Shown: positions 45,428-55,143 of the stretch, piece by piece
How the letters are laid out: each line of letters opens with the position of its first letter
Position numbering within the stretch: position 1 is the stretch's first letter
Origin: Pseudooceanicola sp.
GTDB taxonomy: Bacteria; Pseudomonadota; Alphaproteobacteria; Rhodobacterales; Rhodobacteraceae
Reading direction: 5' to 3'
DNA: 55,252 bases
NCBI GenBank assembly: GCA_020441135.1
Contig: JAGRMS010000291.1
Location: 1 to 55,252, forward strand
Program-made: the position numbers and the translations under genes
Notes under the pieces: generated by a model
Databases searched by the model: none
What the model was told of the DNA's origin: nothing
The model's input: the letters and a program-made list of their open reading frames with translations, nothing else

Positions 45428-46552
45428 TCAATCCCGTCTTACGCTCGACCCCGCCGGCGGTTGCCGCCGGATGTTCTGCCGCAGGTCAAAGACAAACCGG
45501 ATGATCTCGGCCGCCGCCTGCCAGTGCTCCAGCGGGATCGGCTCATCCACCTCGGCCACCTCGAACAGCGCCCGCGCCAGCGCGCGGTTCTCGATCACCG
45601 GCACGTCCGCCTCATGCGCCAGCTTGCGGATCTGCGCCGCCATCAGGTCGGCCCCCTTGGCGACGCAGACCGGCGCCTCGTCCTCGCCCTGTTCGTATTT
45701 CAGCGCCACGGCGTAATGCGTCGGGTTGGTCAGCACGACCGTCGCCTCGGGCACCGCCACCGCCATGCGCTGCCGCGACCGCTTGCGCCGGGTCTCCATC
45801 CGCTTGGCCTTGATCAGCGGATCGCCTTCCTGCTCCTTGATCTCGTCGCGCACGTCCTTCACCGACATCCGCTGCTTGGCGTACCAGCGCAGCCGCTTGA
45901 AGATCGTGTCGGCCAGCGCCACCACCACCGCCATCACCGCGACAATCGCCAGCAGCACGGCGACGTAATGCTGGAAATAGGGCGCGATCGCCTCGGGCAG
46001 GAAGCCTTCGGCCTGCCAGATGCCCGTCACCGCCTGGTAGGACAGCCAGACCGCGATGACCCCGACCACCAGCACCTTGACCACGCTCTTGACGAATTCG
46101 ACCAGCGCATCGGCCGAGAACAGCCGCTTGAACCCGCCGATGGGCGACAGCTTGGACAGCTTCGGCTTGATCCGTTCCGCCGCCACCACGATCTCGCCCT
46201 GCAACAGCGCGCCCGCGACAGCGGCCAGCAGGAACAGCCCCATCACCGGGGCCAGCACGATGATGACCCCCCGCGCCAGCAGGTTGATCACCAGCCCGAG
46301 GTCGTGCATCCCGGCCCGCCCCTCGCCGATCTGCACCGTTCCGGCGGTCTCGAACACCCGTTTCAGCACGCCCATCAGCGGGCCTGTCACCTGCGGCATC
46401 AGGAAGACCGTCAGGATCAGCAGGGCGAGGATCATCATCATGGTCCCCGCCTCGCGCGAGTGGGGGACATCCCCCTTTTCCCGCGCCTTGCTCAGCTTTC
46501 GCGGGGTCGGGTCTTCGGTCTTGTTGCTCTGGTCCTCGGTATTCTCCGCCAT
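45428..46552 (-). CDS. flhB: Export switch FlhB
   Basis: KTEDPTPRKL, EGDP, TNPTHYAVAL autocleavage motif, VAKG. Confidence 0.97.
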   Translation of the reverse strand: MAENTEDQSNKTEDPTPRKLSKAREKGDVPHSREAGTMMMILALLILTVFLMPQVTGPLMGVLKRVFETAGTVQIGEGRAGMHDLGLVINLLARGVIIVLAPVMGLFLLAAVAGALLQGEIVVAAERIKPKLSKLSPIGGFKRLFSADALVEFVKSVVKVLVVGVIAVWLSYQAVTGIWQAEGFLPEAIAPYFQHYVAVLLAIVAVMAVVVALADTIFKRLRWYAKQRMSVKDVRDEIKEQEGDPLIKAKRMETRRKRSRQRMAVAVPEATVVLTNPTHYAVALKYEQGEDEAPVCVAKGADLMAAQIRKLAHEADVPVIENRALARALFEVAEVDEPIPLEHWQAAAEIIRFVFDLRQNIRRQPPAGSSVRRD

Positions 46553-46561
46553 GTCCCGCCC

Positions 46562-47317
46562 TCAGAATGACAACAGGCCGAACCAGAGGCCGAAGTCCTC
46601 CAGCCAGGCCCGCAGCATCGTCGGGGCGGCGACAACCAGAACGAACAGCCCCGACACGATCAACAGCGGCGCGGCGACGAAGAACACCGGCAGCGTCGGC
46701 ATCATCCGGTTGGCAAGGCCGAAACCCACGTTCAGCACCAGCCCCATGACGAAGAACGGGGCCGAGATCATCGTGCCGATGTAGAAGCTGTGGCTTGCCG
46801 CCTTGACGATCTGTTCGGCCAGGTCGCCGCCCAGGTACTGGCCGGGGGCGAAGACGTCATAGCTCATCAACAGCGCCATCAGGATCGCATGGTGCAGGTC
46901 GGTGGCGAAGATCAGCGTCACGCCGGTCAGCATCAGCGCGGTGGCGAGCAGGGTCGAGCCTTCGAACGATCCGATGCTGGGCGCGAAGGCGTTCGACAGG
47001 CCCGAGACGAGGCCGACCTGGTATCCGGCCAGCTGCAACGCGCTCAGCAGGATGCGCGCGGTGATCCCGATCCAGATGCCAATGGCGGTTTCCACCACCA
47101 GCAGCGGGAACAGGTCCAGCGGCGTCTCGAGGTTCAGCGCCCCGACCGGCGTCGCGGGGTAGAGCGCCAGCGACAGCACCACCCCCATCGCCAGCCGGTG
47201 CCGGATCGGGATCATCTGCTCGCCGATCCCGGGCATGAACACCATCACCGCGCCCAGCCGCGCGAAGACCAGGGCGTAGCCCAGCACCTGCGAAGTGAGG
47301 AGGGCGGTGAGATCCAC
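46562..47317 (-). CDS. fliR: Export gate FliR
   Basis: FARLG..MPG, TDLHH, GLANRMMP..VFFV; hydrophobic. Confidence 0.95.
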   Translation of the reverse strand: MDLTALLTSQVLGYALVFARLGAVMVFMPGIGEQMIPIRHRLAMGVVLSLALYPATPVGALNLETPLDLFPLLVVETAIGIWIGITARILLSALQLAGYQVGLVSGLSNAFAPSIGSFEGSTLLATALMLTGVTLIFATDLHHAILMALLMSYDVFAPGQYLGGDLAEQIVKAASHSFYIGTMISAPFFVMGLVLNVGFGLANRMMPTLPVFFVAAPLLIVSGLFVLVVAAPTMLRAWLEDFGLWFGLLSF

Positions 47318-47321
47318 CTAG

Positions 47322-47431
47322 GGCCTGTCCCGTTCGATCTTGATCGAATATTGCCGGTCCACCCCGAGGCAGCGTTTGCCCCGGCGAATGCGTTCGGGGC
47401 GGAGCGGGAATACATTGGAACGGGACATGCC
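47322..47431. mobile_element. 110-bp MITE-like insertion between flhA and fliR
   Basis: Terminal inverted repeats GGCCTGTCCCGTTC / GAACGGGACATGCC (13/14); internal hairpins. Confidence 0.6.
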
Positions 47432-49510
47432 TCAACTGCCCACGCTGGCGACCGTCCGCAGGTTCGCCTTGCGATGCACCTCGTTGTGCGAGATCACCTG
47501 CGTCGAGGGGCTGACCCGCTCCAGCATCGAGCGGATGAAGCCGCGCACCTCGGGCGCGACCATCAGCGCCGGCCACTCGTCGCGCTGCGCGAAGGTCTGG
47601 ATCGTCTGCCGCGCTGCCAGCACGAACTCCTGCACCCGCTGGGGCGACATCAGGAACGACTTCTCCTCGCCGTTCACCCGCACCGCCTGCAGGAACTCCT
47701 TCTCCCAGGCGTTGTTCAGCGTGATCACCGGGATGAACCCCGCCGGATCGGTCAGCGACCGGCAGATCTGGTTCGCCAGCCGCTTGCGCACATGCTCGGT
47801 CAACGTCTGGACCGACGCGCCGCCCCGCCCGGCCTCGGCCACCGCCTCGACGATCAGCGGCAGGTTGCGGACCGACACCCGTTCCGCCAGCAGCGCCTGC
47901 AACACCTGTTGCAGCGTGATCGCCGACGATCCCGGCAGATCCCCCGCCAGCTTCTGGTAATCCCGGTCGAGGTTGCCGATCAGCTCCTGCACGGCGGCAT
48001 AGGTCAGCAGCTCTGGCATGTGCTCCTTGATGATCTCCGTCAGGTGCGTGGTGATCACGCTCTCCGGGTCCACCGCCGTATAGCCCTGCCCTTCCGCCTG
48101 CGCCGCGCTGGCGTGGTCCACCCAGATCGCGTCCAGCCCGAAGGTCGGATCCTTCACCTTCTCGCCGGGCAGCTGCACCGGAGTCTCCGCCGGGTTCAGC
48201 ACCATCATCCGGTTCGGCCGCACCTCGCCCCGCGCCACCTCGACCCCCTGCACCGAGACCGCATACTGGTTCACCCCCAGCGCCGCGTCGTCCTTGATCC
48301 GCACCGAGGGCAGCACGAACCCGAATTCCCGCGCGAACAGCCCCCGCAGGCTGCGGATCTTGCCCGGCAGCGCCGCGTCCGATCCGCTGGTCAGCGGCAC
48401 CAGCGCGGTGCCAAGGTCCAGCCGCAGGTCGTCGACCTTCATCGTCGACTTCAGGTCGTCCTCCGCGCTGACCGCGCCCGCCCTGACACGCTCCTTCTCG
48501 GCCCGCGCTTCCGCCGCCGCCTTGTCGCGGGTCAGCCGCATCATGTACCAGCCCAAGGCCGCCATGCCCCCCGCCAGCAGCAGGAACACCAGCTTCGGGA
48601 ACCCCGGCAGCATCCCGATCGCCAGCAGCAGCCCCGCCGCCACGAAGGTCGCCTTCGGAAACTTCGACAGCTGCCCCAGCACCGCCTCGTTCGCCGCGCC
48701 CTCGGTGCCGCCCTTGGTGACGATCAGGCCCGCCGCCAGCGACACGATCAGCGCCGGAACCTGGCTCACCAGGCCGTCGCCGATGGTCAGCGTCGTATAG
48801 CTGTCCGCCGCCTGCATCAGCGACAGGTCGTGCTGCAACGTCCCGACCAGGATGCCCCCCACCACGTTCACCAGCGTGATGATGATCCCCGCCACCGCGT
48901 CGCCGCGCACGAACTTCGACGCACCGTCCATCGCGCCGAAGAACCCGCTTTCGCCTTCCAGCTCGCGCCGCCGCCGCTTGGCCTCGGCCTCGTCGATCAG
49001 CCCCGCGCCCAGGTCGGCATCGATCGCCATCTGCTTGCCCGGCATCGCATCCAGCGAGAAGCGCGCCGCTACCTCGGCGATCCGGCCCGAACCCTTGGTG
49101 ATGACGATGAAGTTGATGACGACGAGGATCGCAAAGATCACGATCCCGATGACGAAATTCCCCGCCACGATGAACTTGGCGAACCCTTCGATCACACCCC
49201 CCGCCGCGCTTGGTCCCGTGTGCCCCTCGGACAGGATCAACCGGGTCGACGCCACGTTCAGCGACAGCCGCAGCAGCGTCACCACCAGCAGCAGGGTGGG
49301 GAAGGAGTTGAATTCAAGCGGCTTCGGAATCCACAGCGCGACCATCAGGATCAGCACCGACAGCGACAGCGACACCGCCAGCCCGAAATCCAGCACCACC
49401 GCCGGCAGCGGGATGAACAGCATCGCCAGAACCAGCGTCACACCGATGGCAAAGGCCACGTCGCGGTGCGCCAGTCCCCGGCCCATCATGCCTGTATCCG
49501 TTACCGCCAT
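47432..49510 (-). CDS. flhA: Export gate FlhA
   Basis: RIAEVAARFSLDAMPGKQMAIDADL, FFGAMDGASKFVRGDA, LTIGDGLVSQVP. Confidence 0.98.
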   Translation of the reverse strand: MAVTDTGMMGRGLAHRDVAFAIGVTLVLAMLFIPLPAVVLDFGLAVSLSLSVLILMVALWIPKPLEFNSFPTLLLVVTLLRLSLNVASTRLILSEGHTGPSAAGGVIEGFAKFIVAGNFVIGIVIFAILVVINFIVITKGSGRIAEVAARFSLDAMPGKQMAIDADLGAGLIDEAEAKRRRRELEGESGFFGAMDGASKFVRGDAVAGIIITLVNVVGGILVGTLQHDLSLMQAADSYTTLTIGDGLVSQVPALIVSLAAGLIVTKGGTEGAANEAVLGQLSKFPKATFVAAGLLLAIGMLPGFPKLVFLLLAGGMAALGWYMMRLTRDKAAAEARAEKERVRAGAVSAEDDLKSTMKVDDLRLDLGTALVPLTSGSDAALPGKIRSLRGLFAREFGFVLPSVRIKDDAALGVNQYAVSVQGVEVARGEVRPNRMMVLNPAETPVQLPGEKVKDPTFGLDAIWVDHASAAQAEGQGYTAVDPESVITTHLTEIIKEHMPELLTYAAVQELIGNLDRDYQKLAGDLPGSSAITLQQVLQALLAERVSVRNLPLIVEAVAEAGRGGASVQTLTEHVRKRLANQICRSLTDPAGFIPVITLNNAWEKEFLQAVRVNGEEKSFLMSPQRVQEFVLAARQTIQTFAQRDEWPALMVAPEVRGFIRSMLERVSPSTQVISHNEVHRKANLRTVASVGS

Positions 49511-50268
49511 CAGTTGCCCCGCCCGAAGATCGGCAGCAGCGGTTCCGCGGAATAAAGGCTGCGCGGGCCGCTTTCACCCTGTTTCAGCGCGTTCATCCCC
49601 GAGGACCACAGGATGCCCCCCGGCACCACGACCGGCGCCGCCGTTGCCACCGTCTCGCCCATCACCGCCGCGATGTCGCGGAATTCGTCGATCCGGGCAT
49701 TCGCCGCCGCGATGTTCTGGCGCAGCGACGCCAGGTAGGCCGTCCGCAGCGCCGGGGTGAACGAGTGATACGACCCCGCCGCCAGTTCCCAGTCGCCCGT
49801 CTGGTAGTAAAGGTCGCGCAGGAACCGCGCCGCGTAATCCACGTTTGCCGCCGGGTCGAAGGCCGTCTCCAGATCGGTAAAGGCGTTCGGGTGCCACATC
49901 TGGTTCACCTGCATGCAGCCAACGTCGATCGAGTTGACGCCCTGCGCCATCCGCTGATGCACCCAGGCCATCGCCGCCGCCTGCGTGTCGAAGGTGCGCC
50001 CCTCGCCCGCCGCGTTCACCGACCAGGGCCAGACCGTGTAGAGGTCGCCCAGACGCATGCCGGCCTCTTGCAGGCCGATGCCCAGCAGCAAGTTGTCGGG
50101 GATGTTGTAGCGCAATTGCGCCTCGAAGATCTGGTGTACGCAGACCGCTTCTTCGGGCAGGTTCACCGTCACCCGCGCCGGTTCGGTATAGGTGTAAAGT
50201 CCCTCCCAGCCGCTCGCGCACAGCGGACCGGCGGCAAGGCTCACGCACAGGGCGAGACAGGCCCTCAC
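49510..50268 (-). CDS. Flagellar lytic transglycosylase (SltF-like)
   Basis: IGLQEAG, WPWSVNAAG, IDVGCMQVN..WH, AAGSYHS; signal peptide. Confidence 0.88.
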   Translation of the reverse strand: MRACLALCVSLAAGPLCASGWEGLYTYTEPARVTVNLPEEAVCVHQIFEAQLRYNIPDNLLLGIGLQEAGMRLGDLYTVWPWSVNAAGEGRTFDTQAAAMAWVHQRMAQGVNSIDVGCMQVNQMWHPNAFTDLETAFDPAANVDYAARFLRDLYYQTGDWELAAGSYHSFTPALRTAYLASLRQNIAAANARIDEFRDIAAVMGETVATAAPVVVPGGILWSSGMNALKQGESGPRSLYSAEPLLPIFGRGN

Positions 50269-50534
50269 ACTCCACCCGAAATCATGATGTCGAAGATCTG
50301 GTCCGACAGCCGCTTGAGCACGAGATACATCAGCGGAGTCACCACCACGAGGCCGATCATGATGACGGCGATCTTGGGCACGAAGGTCAGCGTCATTTCC
50401 TGCACCTGCGTCAGCGCCTGAAAGAAGGCGATGGCCAGGCCGACCACCAGCGCCAGCAGCATGATCGGACCCGACGCGTACAGCACGGTCAGGAAGGTCA
50501 TGGACAGGATGTCGTATGTGTCGCCCTCGGTCAC
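50265..50534 (-). CDS. fliQ: Export gate FliQ
   Basis: FQALTQVQEMTLTFVPK. Confidence 0.97.
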   Translation of the reverse strand: MTEGDTYDILSMTFLTVLYASGPIMLLALVVGLAIAFFQALTQVQEMTLTFVPKIAVIMIGLVVVTPLMYLVLKRLSDQIFDIMISGGV

Positions 50535-50544
50535 GCCATCGCCT

Positions 50545-50868
50545 TCAGATCGGCATCCGCATCACTTCCTGGTAGGCCGAGATCAGCTTGTCGCGCATCG
50601 CCACGGCCACCTTGACGGTCGACTCCAGCGCGATGGTGGCCTCGACCACTTGCTGCGTCGTCGCCTTGTCGACCATCCCCGCGCGCGCCACGGCATCGGC
50701 CTCGCGCATGGTCTGCGCGGCATCGACCGCCGCCTCGCGCACCATCTCTGCAAAGGAGGTACCCGCCTTGTCGGCCTCGGGTGCCGGAGCGGAATTTTGC
50801 AGGTTCAGGGAATTGCGATAGGCGCCCGCTACGGCGCCTCCGTTCACGATTGTGCTGGTCTGGGCCAT
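50545..50868 (-). CDS. fliE: FliE
   Basis: SFAEMV, RDKLISAYQEVMRMPI. Confidence 0.95.
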   Translation of the reverse strand: MAQTSTIVNGGAVAGAYRNSLNLQNSAPAPEADKAGTSFAEMVREAAVDAAQTMREADAVARAGMVDKATTQQVVEATIALESTVKVAVAMRDKLISAYQEVMRMPI

Positions 50869-50879
50869 TTTCTCTCAGG

Positions 50880-51290
50880 TCACTTCAGAAGGTCGATCAT
50901 CATGCCGCGCATCTTCCGCCCGGCCTCGTACAGGTTCAGGTTCGCTTCGTAGCTGCGCGACGCCTCGCGCATGTTCGCCATCTCGAGGATGGGATTGACG
51001 TTTGCCACCTTCACCAGCCCCTCGGCATCCGCCGCCGGGTGCGAGGGTTCATAGCGCAGCGAAAACGCGGCCTGGTCGCGGCCGATGTCCGACACCCGCA
51101 CCAGGTTCAGCCCGCTGTCCCGCTCGAGGTATTCCTCGAAGCTGATCGTCTTGCGCCGGTACGGATCGCCCCCGGCGACCTTCGAGGTGGTATCGGCATT
51201 CGCCACGTTCTCGGCCACCACCTGCAACCGCGCGCTCTGCACGCTCATGCCGCTTGCCGCGATCTGCGCGATGGACTTCAAAGGATCCAT
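50880..51290 (-). CDS. flgC: Rod protein FlgC
   Basis: AASGM..Q..RL..VAENVANADT, PYRRK, PSHPAAD, ASRSYEAN; start at ATG 51290. Confidence 0.97.
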   Translation of the reverse strand: MDPLKSIAQIAASGMSVQSARLQVVAENVANADTTSKVAGGDPYRRKTISFEEYLERDSGLNLVRVSDIGRDQAAFSLRYEPSHPAADAEGLVKVANVNPILEMANMREASRSYEANLNLYEAGRKMRGMMIDLLK

Positions 51291-51301
51291 GGTTCGCCCC
51301 C

Positions 51302-51706
51302 TTACCTGATCCCGGTGACAGCCAGCGTCACCAGCTCGTATCCCTTGCGATAAAGGCTCGCCGCCAGCCGGTAGTTCTCGCTGACGTCGTTGGCCTTGAT
51401 TGCCTGCTGCTCCAGCACGACCGAATTGCCGTCGATGCTCGTGCTTGCCCAGGCGCCTTCGTCTTCCTTGACCTCCAGCCCGGCGGTCATCGGCTCGCTG
51501 CCCTGGATGTGATTGGCCGAGGTCCGCACCAGCGCGCCGGCCGAGGCCCGCGCCTCCAGCATCTCGCCAAAGGACGACACCTCCTGCGCCCGGTAATTGG
51601 GCGTATCCGCATTCGCGACGTTCTCGGCGATGACCTTCTGACGCGCGCCCAGCCACTCCATCTTGCGCGATGCGAGGCTGAAGAAAGACATGGATTCGAG
51701 CTTCAA
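51302..51706 (-). CDS. flgB: Rod protein FlgB
   Basis: RQKVIAENVANADTPNYRA, DGNSVVLEQQ. Confidence 0.95.
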   Translation of the reverse strand: MKLESMSFFSLASRKMEWLGARQKVIAENVANADTPNYRAQEVSSFGEMLEARASAGALVRTSANHIQGSEPMTAGLEVKEDEGAWASTSIDGNSVVLEQQAIKANDVSENYRLAASLYRKGYELVTLAVTGIR

Positions 51707-51722
51707 TAGACTTCCCTTTCGA

Positions 51723-51738
51723 TTAATCCATGCTTAAC
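51723..51738. promoter_or_regulatory. CtrA-type box in the flgB/fliI divergent promoter
   Basis: Perfect TTAA-TCCATGC-TTAAC. Confidence 0.75.
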
Positions 51739-51771
51739 ATGAATAAAAAAGCGAGACCAGCGGATTTATAC

Positions 51772-53124
51772 ATGCAGAAGGCGTTTTCGGAGCTTTCTAC
51801 TCTTGTCAGAGCGGTAGATGCTTCAAGAATAGTCGGAGAAGTCCGCGCCGTCGTCGGCCTGACCCTCACCGTGACCGGGCTGGAGCGCGCGATGTGGGTC
51901 GGCCACCGCTGCGTCGTCCACGGCGCGCGCGGTCCGGTGCTGGGCGAGGTCGTCGGCATCGACAGCGACGGCACCCACGTCCTGCCCTTCGGCACCTGGG
52001 CCGGGGTCAGCGCCGGCGACCCCGTCTCGCTCAGCCCCCGCGGCGACACCATCCGCCCCGACCTGTCCTGGCGCGGCCGCGTGATGAACGCGCTGGCCGA
52101 ACCGCTCGACCGCAAGGGCCCGCTGGTCGAGGGCACCAGCCCCCGCGACGTCAAGGCCGCGCCCCCCGCCGCCTTCGACCGTCGCCGCACCGGCCAGCGC
52201 CTCACCACCGGCATCAAGATCTTCGACGTCTTCACCCCGCTCTGCCGCGGCCAGCGCATGGGCGTCTTCTCCGGCTCCGGCGTCGGCAAGTCCACCCTCA
52301 TGGCCATGCTCGCCCGCCAGGCCGCCGCCGACGTCATCGTCGTCGGCCTCGTCGGCGAACGCGGCCGCGAGGTGCAGGACTTCATCCAGTCCGACCTCGG
52401 CGAACAGGGCCTCGCCCGTTCCGTCGTCGTCGTCTCCACCGGCGACGAACCCCCGCTGATGCGCCGCCAGGCCGCCTGGACCGCCACCGCCATCGCCGAA
52501 TACTTCCGCGACATGGGCCTCCAGGTGCTGCTGCTGATGGACAGCGTCACCCGTTTCGCCATGGCCCAGCGCGAGATCGGCCTGTCCGGCGGCGAACCCC
52601 CGACCACCAAGGGCTACCCGCCCACCGTCTTCTCCGAACTCCCCCAGCTGATGGAACGCGCCGGCCCCGGTCCCGAGGGCGCGGGCGACATCACTGCCAT
52701 CTACACCGTCCTCGTCGACGGCGGCGACATGAACGAACCCGTCGCCGACACCGTCCGCGGCATCATGGACGGCCACGTCGTGCTCGACCGCCACATCGCC
52801 GAACGCGGCCGCTTCCCCGCCGTGAACCTCTACCGCTCGGTCAGTCGCATGCTGCCCGACTGCCACTCCCCCGAAGAGCTCGCCATCTTCCAGGCCGCCC
52901 GCCGCACCCTCGCCCGCTACGCCGATATGGAGGAACTCATCCGCATCGGCGCCTACCGCTCGGGCGCCGACGCCGAGGTCGATGCCGCCATCCTCTTCTT
53001 CACCCCGGCCGAAGACTTCCTGAACCAGCGCAAGGGCGAGTTTGTCGCCGCCGAAGAAACATTCGCGACACTCCACCGCCTGCTGGAAGACTCCGGGGTC
53101 CAAGTCCCGATGCCCGGCACCTGA
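51772..53124 (+). CDS. fliI: Flagellar export ATPase FliI
   Basis: GSGVGKST Walker A, GERGREV, LLLMDSVTRFAMAQREIG; start placed at ATG 51772. Confidence 0.97.
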   Translation: MQKAFSELSTLVRAVDASRIVGEVRAVVGLTLTVTGLERAMWVGHRCVVHGARGPVLGEVVGIDSDGTHVLPFGTWAGVSAGDPVSLSPRGDTIRPDLSWRGRVMNALAEPLDRKGPLVEGTSPRDVKAAPPAAFDRRRTGQRLTTGIKIFDVFTPLCRGQRMGVFSGSGVGKSTLMAMLARQAAADVIVVGLVGERGREVQDFIQSDLGEQGLARSVVVVSTGDEPPLMRRQAAWTATAIAEYFRDMGLQVLLLMDSVTRFAMAQREIGLSGGEPPTTKGYPPTVFSELPQLMERAGPGPEGAGDITAIYTVLVDGGDMNEPVADTVRGIMDGHVVLDRHIAERGRFPAVNLYRSVSRMLPDCHSPEELAIFQAARRTLARYADMEELIRIGAYRSGADAEVDAAILFFTPAEDFLNQRKGEFVAAEETFATLHRLLEDSGVQVPMPGT

Positions 53125-53495
53125 CGCCCCAGAGCATCAGGCCGTCCCTACCCTGAATCGCCCCGGCACAAGGGCAAATCGCCCCGACTCGCGCCACCCC
53201 CCGACTTGCCGCGCGCAAACTTGACGCCCTCCCGCATCACCCCGGAATCCGACCCTCCATCGCCTGAAAACGACAAATTCAACCACAGGCTGCGCATCGC
53301 GTGACGATACGGCATCACATTCCCCGCAAAATATTTCCAAAAACCCAAGCTCTGCCTTTTTTAGGGCAATTTTGTTGCGCATGTGTTCTGGGATTGACCA
53401 AGCGCCCCAGACCAGCGGTCCGGCGGGGGGCAAAGCGACAAGGGCCGCAGTTGTAGGGAACCGCCGGATATGGGCGGAACAAAAGGCATAGAACC

Positions 53496-55118
53496 ATGCT
53501 TGCAGGCAAGACGACCTTCCGGAACGCGCTGATCGCGGCTGCCTTCGTCATTCTCGCCCTCGAGACCGCCCATTTCATCGGCATCGCCATCTCGCCGCTG
53601 CTGATCGCGGCCACCGTTCTCTGCGCCCTCTCGTTCTTCCTGGTCCTGCGCCGTGACGACAATCGCGGCCGCTATGGCGTCGCCAAGCTGGAGCACGAGG
53701 CCGAGGCGCTGAACAGCCACGCGATGGTCACGCTCAGCGACCCGAAAGCCGGCATCTTCCACGTCAACGACAAGCTGCTCCAGGCCACCGGTTTCCTGCG
53801 TTCGGAAATCATCGGCAAACCGACCAGCGTCTTCTATTTCGACGAGGACGTTGCGATGTTCGAAGAGATCCGTGCCGGGCTTAGCGCCGGCCGCCCCTGG
53901 TCGGGCGAACTGCGCCTGCGCTGCAAGGACGACAGCTTCATCTGGACCCTGGCCACCATCCTGCCACGGCTCGATGCCAAGGGTAATCTGGTCGGCTCGA
54001 TCTCGATCCGCACCGATATCACCGCCACCAAGGCCGCGGCCGAACAGAAAGAGCTCTATTCGATGCTCGACGGCCTGCGCGACGAGATTTACCTCGTCGA
54101 CGTCAATACGCTGGCCTTCACCTACATGAACCGTGCCGCTCTGGCCCGCACCGGGTGGAACGCGGGCGAAGTGCGCGGCAAGTTCGTCTGGGACGAATAC
54201 CCCGAAATGAATGTGGACGTGTTCCGCGAACGCCTGGCGACGCTGGTATCCGGCGAGAAGGACCAGCTCTGCGCCACCCGCCGCATCGATGACATTCCCT
54301 TCGAAGTGCGCGTACATCTTCTTCGCGGGGCCGATGGCGGCAGCCGCGCGGTGGTGGTGATGCGCGACAGTTCCGAACAGGAACGCAACGAACGCGCCAA
54401 GTCCGAGCTGCTGTCGACCATCAGCCACGAGCTGCGCACGCCGATGACCTCGATCAAGGGCGCGATGGGGCTGCTGCTGTCCAACGCGGCGGGCGACATG
54501 ACCGACAAGGCCCGCTCGATGCTTTCCATCGCCCACCGCAACGCGGACAGGCTGGTGAACATCGTCAACGACATCCTCGACGTTGAAAAGATTGCCGCCG
54601 GCCAGATGGAGTTCAATATCAAGCGCGCGCCCCTGGTCAACGTGCTGGAAGAAGCGGTGGTCGCCAATGAACCCTTCGCCAGCCGCTTCGACGTGTCCGT
54701 GGATCGCAAGGGCTTCGACACCGCGCTGCTGGCCGATTACGACTTCGACCGCACGCTCCAGGTGATGACCAACCTGCTGTCCAACGCCGCCAAGTTCTCG
54801 CCCCCGGGCGGCAAGATCGAGGTTTCGCTGGAACAGAGCGGCGACCAACTGCGCATCAATGTCCGCGACTTCGGCAAGGGCATCCCGGCCGAGGTCCAGC
54901 CTCGCCTGTTCCAGCGGTTCGTCCAGGCCCCGGGCCAGCCCCGCAGCGTCAACGGCACCGGCCTTGGCCTCTATATCTGCAAGCTGATCATGACCCAGCA
55001 GGGCGGCGCCATCGGCTTCGAAAGCACCGAGGGCGAAGGCGCCGTGTTCCACATCGAACTGCCCCGGGCGTCCGGCGACGCCGAATCCGACCCGGTGGCC
55101 ACCGCCCGATCGAACTAG
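53496..55118 (+). CDS. Membrane PAS-PAS sensor histidine kinase
   Basis: Two N-terminal TM helices, PAS/PAC (WSGELRLRCKD), SHELRTPM, NLLSNAAKFS, GTGLGL. Confidence 0.92.
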   Translation: MLAGKTTFRNALIAAAFVILALETAHFIGIAISPLLIAATVLCALSFFLVLRRDDNRGRYGVAKLEHEAEALNSHAMVTLSDPKAGIFHVNDKLLQATGFLRSEIIGKPTSVFYFDEDVAMFEEIRAGLSAGRPWSGELRLRCKDDSFIWTLATILPRLDAKGNLVGSISIRTDITATKAAAEQKELYSMLDGLRDEIYLVDVNTLAFTYMNRAALARTGWNAGEVRGKFVWDEYPEMNVDVFRERLATLVSGEKDQLCATRRIDDIPFEVRVHLLRGADGGSRAVVVMRDSSEQERNERAKSELLSTISHELRTPMTSIKGAMGLLLSNAAGDMTDKARSMLSIAHRNADRLVNIVNDILDVEKIAAGQMEFNIKRAPLVNVLEEAVVANEPFASRFDVSVDRKGFDTALLADYDFDRTLQVMTNLLSNAAKFSPPGGKIEVSLEQSGDQLRINVRDFGKGIPAEVQPRLFQRFVQAPGQPRSVNGTGLGLYICKLIMTQQGGAIGFESTEGEGAVFHIELPRASGDAESDPVATARSN

Positions 55119-55143
55119 CTGTTCAGTCCCGGCCTCTGCCGAC

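Noticed and set aside
37898-53124. Non-flagellar type III secretion system
   Set aside because: Rod, hook, flagellin, P/L rings and stators are all present; no secretin or needle genes
53165-53230. c-di-GMP-I riboswitch-like start GCACAAGGGCAAA
   Set aside because: No GNRA-capped stem or downstream conserved elements follow
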